DNA of 64,000 nucleotides from an uncultured delta proteobacterium. Its GTDB lineage: Bacteria > Myxococcota > Myxococcia > Myxococcales > Myxococcaceae. The notes below the pieces were generated by a model. That model saw only the letters and a list, made by a program, of their open reading frames with translations, made no database searches and had not been told where the DNA came from. Below are positions 31,053 through 39,272 of this stretch, one piece after another. Where the stretch lies: positions 96,001-160,000 of the forward strand of contig CAVZMH010000012.1 in NCBI GenBank assembly GCA_963776345.1, in the 5' to 3' direction. The translations under genes and the position numbers were made by a program. The stretch's first letter is position 1; the number at the start of each line of letters is the position of its first letter.

Positions 31053-31987
31053 TGGCCGTGGGCGAGCGGGCGGCGCGACCGAGGCTGATCTTCTCCACCG
31101 CGGCGGATGCGGTGCTCGCCGGGCAGCTCTGCGCGCTGGGTGCGGGCACACCCGGGCAGATCGACCGGGAGACGTTCCCCGACGGCGAGCGGGGGCTCAG
31201 GCTGGCGAGCGCGGTGGCGGATGCGGACGCCATCCTGGTCGGTGGCACGGGATCGGACTCCGAGACGCTCGAGCTGTACGACCTGGCCTGCGCCCTGGTG
31301 GAGTGCGGCCTGCACGCGCTGACGCTGGTCGTGCCCTACTTCGGGTACTCGACGCAGGAGCGGCCGAGCAAGGACGGGGAGAGCGTCACCGCCAAGACGC
31401 GCGCCCGGCTCCTCTCGTCGATCCCGCTGCCGTCGGGGGGCATCCGGGTTCTGCTGGTGGACCTGCACACCGCCGGGCTGCCGTTCTACTTCGAGGGTGG
31501 GGCGCGGCCGGTGCACGTGAGTGCGCGGCCGCTCTTTGTCGAGGCGATCCGCGCCCACGCTCCGGGCGGCTGCGTGGTGGCGAGCACCGACGCCGGCCGG
31601 GCGAAGTACGTGGAGGCGCTGGCCAACGACCTCCGGGTTGACGCGAGCTTCGTGTTCAAGCGGCGGGACGGCGGAAACACGCGGGTCCTGGCGGTGAGCG
31701 CCCGGGTGGCCGGGCATCACGTGATGCTCTACGACGACATGGTCCGCACCGGCGGGTCGCTGATCGCCGCGGCGGAGGCGTACCGCGAGGCGGGGGCGAG
31801 CAAGATCACCGCGCTCGCCACGCACGGCGTGCTCCCGGGGGACGCCGTGGCCCGGCTCGAGGCGAGCGGGCTGTTCACCCGGCTCATCGTGACCGACACC
31901 CACCCCCGGGCCCGCCAGCTCGCGGGCGGCTTCGTCGAGGTCCGCTCGGTGGTGCCGCTGCTGGCTGCGGCCCTCCAGGCCAAGTGA
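31052..31987 (+). CDS. Ribose-phosphate pyrophosphokinase family protein (divergent)
   Basis: FPDGE, PYFGYSTQER, DLH, STDAGRAK, YDDMVRTGGSL, THG, VTDT. Confidence 0.85.
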   Translation: MAVGERAARPRLIFSTAADAVLAGQLCALGAGTPGQIDRETFPDGERGLRLASAVADADAILVGGTGSDSETLELYDLACALVECGLHALTLVVPYFGYSTQERPSKDGESVTAKTRARLLSSIPLPSGGIRVLLVDLHTAGLPFYFEGGARPVHVSARPLFVEAIRAHAPGGCVVASTDAGRAKYVEALANDLRVDASFVFKRRDGGNTRVLAVSARVAGHHVMLYDDMVRTGGSLIAAAEAYREAGASKITALATHGVLPGDAVARLEASGLFTRLIVTDTHPRARQLAGGFVEVRSVVPLLAAALQAK

Positions 31988-32078
31988 CCTCGCGCTTGCA
32001 CGACCCGGGCCGACGAATCGCCTTCCGCATCACGTGGTTCGCCGACGAGTCGTCCCACGACGAGGCCACCACTTCGCT

Positions 32079-32347
32079 CACTACGAGGTCTCCACTACGA
32101 GGTGTCTGACACCTCGAATGAGACGGTGGGTCTCGAATGCCACCACTACGAGGTGTCCACTACGAGGTGTCTGACACCTCGAATGAGACGGTGGGTCTCG
32201 AATGCTGGACCACGAGGGCGGCGATGGGACGCATTACGCGGTGTCCCATTACGAGGTGTCCATTACGAGGTGTCCATTACGAGGTGTCTGACACCTTCCC
32301 GAGGGACACCTTCCCGAGGACACCTTCCCGACGACACCTTCCCGAGG
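32079..32347 (+). repeat. REP-like array, locus C
   Basis: Cores GGTGTCTGACACC at 32101, 32166, 32283; 65-bp duplication (32079/32144); 4x CATTACGAGGTGTC then 4x GACACCTTCCCGA. Confidence 0.92.
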
Positions 32348-32365
32348 GTCCGGAGTTCTCGCCGT

Positions 32366-33301
32366 TTAGGGCGCTCGGGGCGTGTAGAGGAAGCGTTCGG
32401 GGCGGGTGCCGCCGTCACCGAGGGCGATGACCACCCACGACTCGAGGCCCTCGGCCGTCCTCCGGTAGGTGAGCCCGTCGAAGTAGACAGCGGAGCGGGC
32501 AGCCCGGACGAGCGGGAACTCGACGGCGCGCTCGGGCGACTCCCATCCGCGCAGGTCGGGCGCGAAGTGCTTCAGGCGGAAGACCAGCGACCCACCCGCC
32601 TCGACCACGGTCATCAGCTCGTAGAAGCTCACCTGGCCCCCGCGCGTCCCCCGGTACACGCCGGCGAGGGAGCCTGCGGCGGGCAGGAGCCACGCCTCCT
32701 CGGAGACACCGCCCAGGCCCTGGCCTGTCCAGTCTCCCGAGAGCCAGGCGACGGCCGACACCCGCGCGGGGGGCGAGTCGGAGCCCGGGACGGCCTTGAG
32801 CACTGGCGGGGTCTCCCGCACCGAGGGCGGCACGGAAGGTCTGCGCCGGACCACGTGCGAGAGGCGGACCTGCTCGGGGGGTTCGCCTGGGCGCTCGAAC
32901 TCGAGGACGAAGCTCTGCCCCGAGCGCCGCACGCGGAACCCGTCGAATGCCACCTCCTCCTCGGAGATCCCGACCAGGCGTCGCGGCGGGGGAGACCCCT
33001 GGGACTCGCGCCCCGCCAGCTGCGCGTCGAGGCGCTTGAACCGGAGGACGAGCGAGCCGTCCTGCTCGGTGATGGTCGCGAGGGCGTACCCGAGCACACG
33101 GCCCTCGCGGATTCGCCGGAGGACTCCGGCCATCGTTCCTGCGGAGGGCGGAAGCCAGAACGCATCGACGTGGCCGGCGGGCCCGTCTCCCTGCCACTCG
33201 CCGGAGAGCCAGCGCAGGGGCTCGAGATCGCTCCGCGGCGGCGAGGCCAGCGCCGGAACGGCGAGCAGCATCAGGCAGAGCACGGGGACCCGCGACGTCA
33301 T
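32366..33301 (-). CDS. Exported protein with two tandem DUF6265-like domains
   Basis: Signal peptide (..AVPALA); internal repeats WLSGEWQG/WLSGDWTG, W..P.AG.(M/L)AG, GSLV(L/F)R(F/L)K. Confidence 0.75.
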   Translation of the reverse strand: MTSRVPVLCLMLLAVPALASPPRSDLEPLRWLSGEWQGDGPAGHVDAFWLPPSAGTMAGVLRRIREGRVLGYALATITEQDGSLVLRFKRLDAQLAGRESQGSPPPRRLVGISEEEVAFDGFRVRRSGQSFVLEFERPGEPPEQVRLSHVVRRRPSVPPSVRETPPVLKAVPGSDSPPARVSAVAWLSGDWTGQGLGGVSEEAWLLPAAGSLAGVYRGTRGGQVSFYELMTVVEAGGSLVFRLKHFAPDLRGWESPERAVEFPLVRAARSAVYFDGLTYRRTAEGLESWVVIALGDGGTRPERFLYTPRAP

Positions 33302-33593
33302 CCACCACCTCCCGCGCAGACCGGCCGGCGGGGGTTCCCGGTGTGTCATCGATCGGGGCGATCCGCCACATCCGAGTGAGCGCCGGCCGGCCGCGCAGGG
33401 GCAGGTGGCAGCGAGGAGGCCACGATCGGGCCGATGGAGGGTTCGGCGGTCTTCACTGACGGTCCGTTCGCGACCCTCGGCCTGCTCCTCGTCATGCTCC
33501 ACGCCCGGGCTCGTGCAGCACTTTTGGAAACGAGCGCTCGAACAGGCGACGGTGCGCTGAACGACAGCCAGGCGGTTCAAGCTGTTCACACCC

Positions 33594-34259
33594 ATGACCC
33601 GCGTCAGGCATTGTGCGGGGACGGAGTGCACCCGGTGTCGAGCGAGGCTCGCGCCCAGGGCGAGGTCGTTGACGATCGACGAGGGACAGAAGCTGCGACT
33701 GGCACTCCGCCTGGCGGGAGTGACGCAAGCCAGGGCGGCGCAGGTGCTCGACGCGCGGCAGACGCAGCTCTCGGCCTGGATGGCGCGGGGCAGGGGCCCC
33801 GAGGATGCGGTGCAGCGCCTCGAGGCGGCGTTCGGCTTCCGGACCGACGCGCTGGTCGAGGCGTGTCCGCGGCGCAGGGGCAACGTGCTCTGCCACCGTT
33901 ACAAGGTACGCGGGGCACCGTACTGCGCTGCCTGCGCGATGCTCGTCCCGCCTCCGGCCGCGGTGGTGGTGCCGCTGGGCGGAGACAGGGAGCCACGCGA
34001 GCTCAGCTGCGTGAGCTGCGGCAAATCGGAGGCGGACCGGGCGCGGCTCCGGCAGGCGCGGATGCTGTCAGGCGGGAGCCGGATCCCGTTCGGGTCCGGC
34101 GCGGCAGGGGGCGCGGTCTACATCTGCACCCAGTGCCGCAACGCGCACCGACACCAGCTCCATCGCTGTCCGAACTGCGACGGGTGGATGCGGGCCGGGC
34201 GCGATCGCTGCCATCGATGCACCTTCCGGGCCGGCGGCGGTAACGCCGGGGCGGGGTAG
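33594..34259 (+). CDS. Hypothetical protein with XRE-like HTH and multiple Cys zinc-ribbon motifs
   Basis: LRLAGVTQARAAQVLDARQTQLSAW (HTH-like); CTRC, CAAC, CVSC, CTQC, CPNC, CHRC. Confidence 0.6.
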   Translation: MTRVRHCAGTECTRCRARLAPRARSLTIDEGQKLRLALRLAGVTQARAAQVLDARQTQLSAWMARGRGPEDAVQRLEAAFGFRTDALVEACPRRRGNVLCHRYKVRGAPYCAACAMLVPPPAAVVVPLGGDREPRELSCVSCGKSEADRARLRQARMLSGGSRIPFGSGAAGGAVYICTQCRNAHRHQLHRCPNCDGWMRAGRDRCHRCTFRAGGGNAGAG

Positions 34260-34266
34260 GCGACCG

Positions 34267-34350
34267 CATGACGAGGTGTCCATTACGAGGTGTCTGACAC
34301 CTCGTGGGGGACACCTCGTGGGGCCTCGGGGCCTCATGGGGCCTCAGGGG
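34267..34350 (+). repeat. REP-like array, locus D
   Basis: CATGACGAGGTGTC, CATTACGAGGTGTCTGACACC (core 34289), 2x GACACCTCGTGGGG, then decaying CCTC..GGGG units. Confidence 0.9.
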
Positions 34351-34356
34351 AGGCAG

Positions 34357-34728
34357 TCAGGCGTTCCGAGGCGAGTGAAGGGCGACAGAGTTGCCCTCCG
34401 TGTCCCGGAAGACGGCGATGAAGCCCGGGTCGCCGATGTCGGTCCGGGGCATCAGCAGGGTGCCGCCGGCGGCCCGGAGCCGCTCGACGCAGGCGTCCAG
34501 CTTCCCGGCCGCGTCCAGGTAGATCAGCGTCCCTTCCGAGGAGGGCTTCCGGTGGCCGTCCTGGATGAGGGCGCCGCTGGCGTCGCTCTGCCCCGCCGGG
34601 AAGATGGCGTGGGGGACGCCTCCGAAGATCTCGCGCTTGAGTCGGACGCCGAGGACGGTCTCGTAGAACCGGACCGCCCGGTCCAGGTCCAGGGTGGGGA
34701 TCTCGAACCAGGTGAGTGCGTTGGCCAT
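34357..34728 (-). CDS. VOC family protein
   Basis: LTWFEIP, RAVRFYETVLG, FRDTEGNSVALH. Confidence 0.9.
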   Translation of the reverse strand: MANALTWFEIPTLDLDRAVRFYETVLGVRLKREIFGGVPHAIFPAGQSDASGALIQDGHRKPSSEGTLIYLDAAGKLDACVERLRAAGGTLLMPRTDIGDPGFIAVFRDTEGNSVALHSPRNA

Positions 34729-34798
34729 GACGTGCTCCGTTGCGGTGTGGCGGCCCCGCGGAAATCGCGAGTGCGGCCGGCAACATGGCTTGCCCCGT

Positions 34799-34815
34799 TG
34801 TCAGGTGTATGTCAG
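34799..34815. promoter_or_regulatory. Direct repeat TGTCAG-N5-TGTCAG, candidate operator of the WYL regulator
   Basis: 11-bp-period direct repeat between the divergent VOC and HTH-WYL genes. Confidence 0.5.
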
Positions 34816-34824
34816 CTTTGAACG

Positions 34825-35457
34825 ATGCGCCGGCAGGCACGGCTGTTCGCACTGGCAGAGCACCTCCGGGCCCGGCGGACGGGGGTGACGGCCGCCGAGC
34901 TGGCCGAGCGCTTCGGAGTGACGCTCCGGACCATCTACCGGGACCTCGACGCGCTGCGCGAGGCGGAGCTCCCCCTGTCGGCCGAGCGAGGCCGAGGAGG
35001 CGGGTACGCGCTGGACCGTGCCTACTCCCTGCCGCCGGTGAACTTCACCGCCCGGGAGGCAGCGCTGCTCTCGGCCCTCGGCGACTGGGCGATCCGGGCC
35101 CGGCTGGTGCCGTTCACCCGGACGCTGCAGGGGAGCATCGACAAGGTACGCGGGGCGCTGGCCGCATCGGCCCAGCGGGAGCTGCTGGAGCTGATGCGCG
35201 AGCTGACCTTCGTGGGAATCCCGGCGCACCCAGCAGCCCCCGGTGTCCGCGAGGCGGTCGAGGACGCGTGGTTCGAGCGCCGGGTGACGCGGGTGCGGTA
35301 CCGGTCGTCGGAGGGAACGGTGAGCGAGCGGCGCGTCCGGGTGCGCGGGCTGACGATGGAGCGCTCGCTGACGATGGTCCACTGCGACGACCTGGATCGC
35401 GGCGAGCGCCGGACGCTGCGGCTCGACCGGGTGGAGCGGGCGACGCTCGAGGGCTGA
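34825..35457 (+). CDS. YafY-like HTH_11 + WYL transcriptional regulator (short)
   Basis: TAAELAERFGVTLRTIYRDLDAL, GRGGGY, LPPVNFT, ERRTLRLDRV. Confidence 0.88.
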   Translation: MRRQARLFALAEHLRARRTGVTAAELAERFGVTLRTIYRDLDALREAELPLSAERGRGGGYALDRAYSLPPVNFTAREAALLSALGDWAIRARLVPFTRTLQGSIDKVRGALAASAQRELLELMRELTFVGIPAHPAAPGVREAVEDAWFERRVTRVRYRSSEGTVSERRVRVRGLTMERSLTMVHCDDLDRGERRTLRLDRVERATLEG

Positions 35458-35458
35458 G

Positions 35459-36358
35459 TCAGCGCGCCGGAGGGTTGAAGGGCGACGGCTCGCCGCGGGC
35501 CCAGCGGAGCGGAATCGCGCCGTCGATCTGGATGACCCGGTTCACCGCGAACCGGAGCACGCGTTCGGCGCCGGGGATGGCAGCCGCGGACTCGGCGGAC
35601 CAGTCGATCGAGAGCTTCCCCGAGAGCTGCAGTGTGGAGCCGGTCTTGCCGTCGAGGAACAGCAGACCCGCGGCCGGGTGAACGGCGGCATTTCCCAGCG
35701 AGTTGAAGAGGGCGTTCCCCGAGTAGTCACCCCAGATGAGCTCGCGTGGCCCGGTGACGCGAACGAAGCCTGGAGCACCGCCGCGGTGTGAGGCGTCGGC
35801 ACCGGCCTCGGGGTGAAGCGTGCCGAGGAAGAACGTCTCGGCACGTTGGATCCAGCGGCACTGGTGGTCATCGAGCTGGTCACTCGTGCGGGGGCTGCCC
35901 TGGAGCACCGCCCCGTCAGGGACCGGGCGGTACGCCTGGATGTACTTGGGACAGTTGCCGTACGCCTCGCGGACGTCGACGAGGAGCTCTGGTCCGACGG
36001 TCACGACCGTTCCGTTGACCCGGAACCGACGGCGGGCGGCGAAATCGATAGTGACGAGCCCGACGGACGCTCCCGGCCGCAGTGCCTCGGCGATGGGATC
36101 ATCGCTGCGGGGGGCCGCGGAGATACGCAGCCGGTGACCGTCCTCGGAGGGCTCGAGGAACCCGGGCGCACCCGCGAGAACGCTCACCCAGACATGGTCG
36201 TCGGCCGTTGCGGCGGTGAGGACCACGAAGCGACGCTCGGCGAGAAAGGCACTCGGCCCAGGGGAAATCGCGCGCCGGAGAATCTGACCCGTGCGCTGCG
36301 CGTCACTGAGGACTCCGGCGCGCTCCTGAACGAGCAGTTCGCCTTCGTGGAAGCTCAC
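35459..36358 (-). CDS. Pyridoxamine 5'-phosphate oxidase-related FMN-binding protein
   Basis: FHEGELLVQERAG, GAPGF, RRRFRVNG, YGNCPKYIQ, DASHRGGAPGFV, DYSGN. Confidence 0.88.
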   Translation of the reverse strand: MSFHEGELLVQERAGVLSDAQRTGQILRRAISPGPSAFLAERRFVVLTAATADDHVWVSVLAGAPGFLEPSEDGHRLRISAAPRSDDPIAEALRPGASVGLVTIDFAARRRFRVNGTVVTVGPELLVDVREAYGNCPKYIQAYRPVPDGAVLQGSPRTSDQLDDHQCRWIQRAETFFLGTLHPEAGADASHRGGAPGFVRVTGPRELIWGDYSGNALFNSLGNAAVHPAAGLLFLDGKTGSTLQLSGKLSIDWSAESAAAIPGAERVLRFAVNRVIQIDGAIPLRWARGEPSPFNPPAR

Positions 36359-36415
36359 CGCCGGCTGCTACTCGTCCCAGCGGAGCCGTTCAAGACAATC
36401 GCCGTGATCGTCCGT

Positions 36416-38190
36416 TCAAGGGCACGACTGGATTGGTGTCGTGGGATTCCCGGTGTTCCGGACGTCGTGCTGGTACTTGGGCCACGGCGCGGTCTGCGTC
36501 GAGACCTGGGCTGTCGACGACCAACGAAAAAAGGCTCCCAGCCGTGCTGCCTAGATAGAGCACTCCCGCGGAGTTCTTGATGGCAACGCCGGCTTCCCGC
36601 GAGCAGTCGAGGGTCATCGAAGCGGAGATGTTCTCAGACAGCGGAGTCGACCATGCACTCACGCCACCCGACCGTGCCTCGAGCGCTCCACCATTCGTAG
36701 CGAGATAGAGAATTCCGCCCGCACCGAGAACGGGGACGCTCCGCGATGGCCCTCCGATTGCGGTCCCCGATCCGGAGAACGAGACCGAATCCAATGCCCA
36801 CACTCTTGGTGAGGTGAGGTCAGTGTCCGAGAAGAAGACTTGGGCCACGCTCACTACTGGTCCCGAGGGATCAGTCTTGATTCCTCCGTCTGGCCCAAGC
36901 CGGCTGACCGCTCCCGTGCTTTTCCCGATTCTGCACAAACCGTCCGGTCGGACGGTCGCGAACAGATCAGTTCCAGAGATTGCGATGGGACCCAGCTCAC
37001 CCTCACCAACGAGCGCCGTGCCGCTAGGCCATCCTGGATTCTTCACCCAGTTCCGGGAAGTCTCATCGAAGACAAACGAGCGAGTCGTGTTGTCCGCCGC
37101 TCCGATAAAGAGCCCCGACGCATCCCCGGCGATTGTCTCCATCTGGGTCTGCTGAACGGTGACAAACGCTTCGATACACGCTGAGTCAGTTGGCGTCTGA
37201 GCCTTAGGCCGGAGCGTGTACAGCCGGTTTGCTCCTGAGATGCCCACCGCAGACTCCAGCGGTCCGTTGTCAGAGATCGTCTGAACAAGAGCGAGACCGG
37301 CGAGGAAAGGGGCGCCCGTACTTGAGGCGCAGACTCCGGCATCTCCACCGTCGCTGAGCCTCAGTGCATACATCTTGGAGCCCACGCCAGCCGCTGTCGC
37401 CGCATATACCGTTGACGAGTCGGCTGAACCTGGCCCCACCGTGGGACTAGCTCGTATCGGCCCGAGCTCTACCGGCGCCCACTTCTCCACTCCCGCCGGC
37501 GTCAACGCGTACAGACTCCCGCTTCCCCCATCGCTCGTTCCGAACACGATCGTCCCATCGTCCGCGATCGCCGGCGTCGTGTAGATCGGCGCGCCCGCGG
37601 AGTACCTCCACTTCCACCGCGTCACGTTCACTCCGGCGTCGGCCTTCCCCAGGTTGTTGCTCAGGTCGGATCCCGGACGCCTCGATCGCAACCACGCCGC
37701 GGAAGGCCTCGAACGGCAAGACGGCCAGAGCGAGACCGTCGCCTCTCTGCAGAACGGATTCGACGCGTTCGGGTTGCCCGGCGCGCACGCCACCGAGCTG
37801 CAGCTCGAGGGTCGTCCCGGGATTGCCCGACACGCCGAACACGACCAGCTGCACCGACCCGGCGTCCACGTCGCGATCCGCCGAGGTCACGGTCACCACC
37901 ACGCTCTCGTCCCGCCGAAACGCGTCCACCCCACCGTCGGGTGAGCCCGGATCCAGCTCGGTCAGCTTCCCCGTGTTCTGCCGCGGGGGCGGCGGCGCGA
38001 TGACGATCGAGAACACCGGCGGCGTCTTGTCGTTCGGGTTGCTCCCCGAGACGCACGTCTTCGTCCCCGGGTCACACGTCCCGCCACTCACACAGTCCGC
38101 GTCCGAGCTGCACGACCGGGTCGGATCGAAGCAGGCCCCGACCAGCACCACCGCGGCGATCAGCCCCAGAGTCGAGATCGCAGTCCGCAT
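36416..38190 (-). pseudogene. Lipoprotein with Cys-rich N-terminus and PQQ/BamB-like beta-propeller, split by frameshifts
   Basis: Lipobox VGAC and CSSDADC..TC in ORF 37447..38190; propeller repeats (TTPAIADDGTIVFGT, SVPVLGAGGILYLAT) in ORF 36390..37793; terminal WPKYQHDVRNTG in a third frame ending TGA at 36416. May be intact in vivo. Confidence 0.65.
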
Positions 38191-38199
38191 CGTCGCTCC

Positions 38200-39156
38200 T
38201 CAGAACCGTCCCGCCATCACCAGCGAGCCCCCGCCCGGAGCCGGCCGGAGATCCACCCGCGCGCCCTCGGCCTTCCCGGAATCGAGCACCCACAAGGTCA
38301 CGCCGGTCGCGACCAGCGCCGCTCCGGCCACCAAGGCAATCGTCACCGGCGCGGTCTTTCCCCGCAAGGACTGCTGCGCTGCCTGGGCCTCCGGAGTCGG
38401 CGGGCGCTGACCGTACGGATCCAGCGTGGCCCGGTACGCGTCCTGGTCGCTCTTCGCCCCGAGGAAAAGCGCGGTCCCGACCGCCAGCGCCACCGCCCCC
38501 GCGCCCACGCAGGCGTATGCCGCGATGCGCTGCCCCGAGGCTCCCTGCGCAGCAACCGTGGCCACGGCCGCAGGGGGAACCTCGGCGCGCGGCTCGGGCG
38601 CGCTGACCACCGCGGGGACCTCGCCCGGCACCGCGGCCGGAGCCGCCACCAGGGGCTGCAGGTCCAGCGTCTCCAGATGGAGCCCCTCGGTCAGCACCTT
38701 CTCGATTCCTGGACGGATCATCTCAGGGCGGAGACGGCCCTTCGGGCGGGTGACCTCCAGATTGGACACGCTCCGCTCCAGGAGCCCGTCGGACCGGACG
38801 AGCTTCCCCACGAACACCATCCGGGGCCGGAATGGGTACACGCTGATGTAGAGCGCACGCTGCCCACCGCAGGCACGGGCGAGCTCGGCCAGGCACCGCT
38901 CGTCCCCGCCGCAGCTGCCGCCGGGCCGAGCGGCCACGAACTGGCGGGCGCACGCTTGCCCGACGAGGCGGACGTCACGCCGGGAGAGCTCGGCATCGAG
39001 CTGTGGACCGAGCCGCGCCGCGTCGTCCTCGCTCCCGCCGACCACCACCAGCGGGTGCGGAACCAGCCCTGGCGTGGACGTCCCCTGCGGAGCGGCGAAG
39101 GCGGAGACGGTCACCAGAACCGACCCGCACAGCGCTGCCCGCCGCAAGCCGTTCAT
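38200..39156 (-). CDS. Hypothetical exported protein, myxobacterial type
   Basis: Signal peptide, CGGDERCLAELA motif, two C-terminal hydrophobic helices, terminal GRF. Confidence 0.7.
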   Translation of the reverse strand: MNGLRRAALCGSVLVTVSAFAAPQGTSTPGLVPHPLVVVGGSEDDAARLGPQLDAELSRRDVRLVGQACARQFVAARPGGSCGGDERCLAELARACGGQRALYISVYPFRPRMVFVGKLVRSDGLLERSVSNLEVTRPKGRLRPEMIRPGIEKVLTEGLHLETLDLQPLVAAPAAVPGEVPAVVSAPEPRAEVPPAAVATVAAQGASGQRIAAYACVGAGAVALAVGTALFLGAKSDQDAYRATLDPYGQRPPTPEAQAAQQSLRGKTAPVTIALVAGAALVATGVTLWVLDSGKAEGARVDLRPAPGGGSLVMAGRF

Positions 39157-39209
39157 GCCCCCCTCCTTCGGATCCGCCGAGAAAGGTCATAGCATCGCCC
39201 GTCCTGGGC

Positions 39210-39237
39210 CGGCACCTCCCTTGCTAGGTGCATGCCA
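39210..39237. promoter_or_regulatory. Overlapping opposite-strand sigma54-like -24/-12 elements
   Basis: Plus strand CGGCAC-CTCCC-TTGCT; minus strand TGGCAT-GCACC-TAGCA; both GG-N10-GC and share the GC at 39223-39224. Confidence 0.55.
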
Positions 39238-39272
39238 GGGTGCGCGCGCGTCACGTCGCATGGGGGAGGGTC

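Noticed and set aside
32079..32347. CRISPR array (also considered for 45175-45348 and 63528-63790)
   Set aside because: Units are about 14 nt and abut each other, there are no unique 25-45 nt spacers, and no cas genes are present.
32102..32430. ORFs reading through the repeat arrays (ITRCP or YEVSDT peptides)
   Set aside because: These are translations of the DNA repeats. The 14-nt period is not codon-phased and there is no RBS.
33540..33592. LexA/SOS box upstream of the HTH-zinc gene
   Set aside because: GTTCA/TGAAC words are present but the spacing does not match the LexA boxes I know.
34825..35457. WYL regulator as marker of an anti-phage defence island
   Set aside because: It is YafY-type beside a VOC gene, with no recognisable defence genes nearby.
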